In this document: in pieces, positions 63,890-64,000 of the stretch
How the letters are laid out: each line of letters starts with the position of its first letter
How positions within the stretch are numbered: the first letter of the stretch is position 1
Assembly (NCBI GenBank): GCA_965645245.1
Contig: OZ287088.1
Coordinates: 806,001 to 870,000, forward strand
Reading direction: 5' to 3'
From: Massalongia carnosa
Taxonomy: Eukaryota
Length of the DNA stretch: 64,000 bases
Made by a program: the position numbers and the translations under genes
The notes under the pieces: generated by a model
The model's input: the letters and a program-made list of their open reading frames with translations, nothing else
Told to the model about the DNA's origin: nothing
Database searches by the model: none

Positions 63890-64000
63890 GTCATATTCAG
63901 AGTTAAAAGGTACGATATAAATCTTGTCGACGTTTTCGTTAATATTATTCCCGAAAATTTTTAATAATGAAATCGTTCTATCATAAAGATCATTTTGAAA

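Noticed and set aside
1..64000. Starship captain, rRNA or tRNA genes
   Set aside because: No DUF3435-like recombinase or structural RNA recognised by eye; the only tRNA-related sequences are short PBS motifs.

Overview
Filamentous ascomycete genomic DNA, judged from short GT-AG introns and typical fungal TE families. The window is a nested transposon graveyard: copia, chromodomain gypsy, MULE, several Tc1/mariner and pogo elements, hAT and hAT-MITEs, a LINE fragment and many solo LTRs with target-site duplications. Immunity-type genes are scattered through it. The main result is an apparently intact head-to-head pair: a viperin (RSAD2-like radical SAM enzyme, 41520-42583 +, one intron inside the CxxxCxxC motif) and a spliced UMP-CMP kinase of the adenylate kinase family (40217-41083 -, five predicted exons, largely missed by the ORF track), with 436 bp between the start codons. 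This mirrors the vertebrate RSAD2-CMPK2 arrangement but uses a different kinase family. Nearby are a patatin-NB-ARC-TPR NLR with near-identical 126-bp repeats (broken by a copia insertion, with its effector domain duplicated in inverted orientation), a decayed SesB-like hydrolase-NACHT-WD40 NLR abutting an ankyrin-repeat remnant, and DUF6594/DUF6601-like membrane protein genes. Together these suggest a fungal defence-gene island. Family assignments come from motif recognition by eye; no searches were run.
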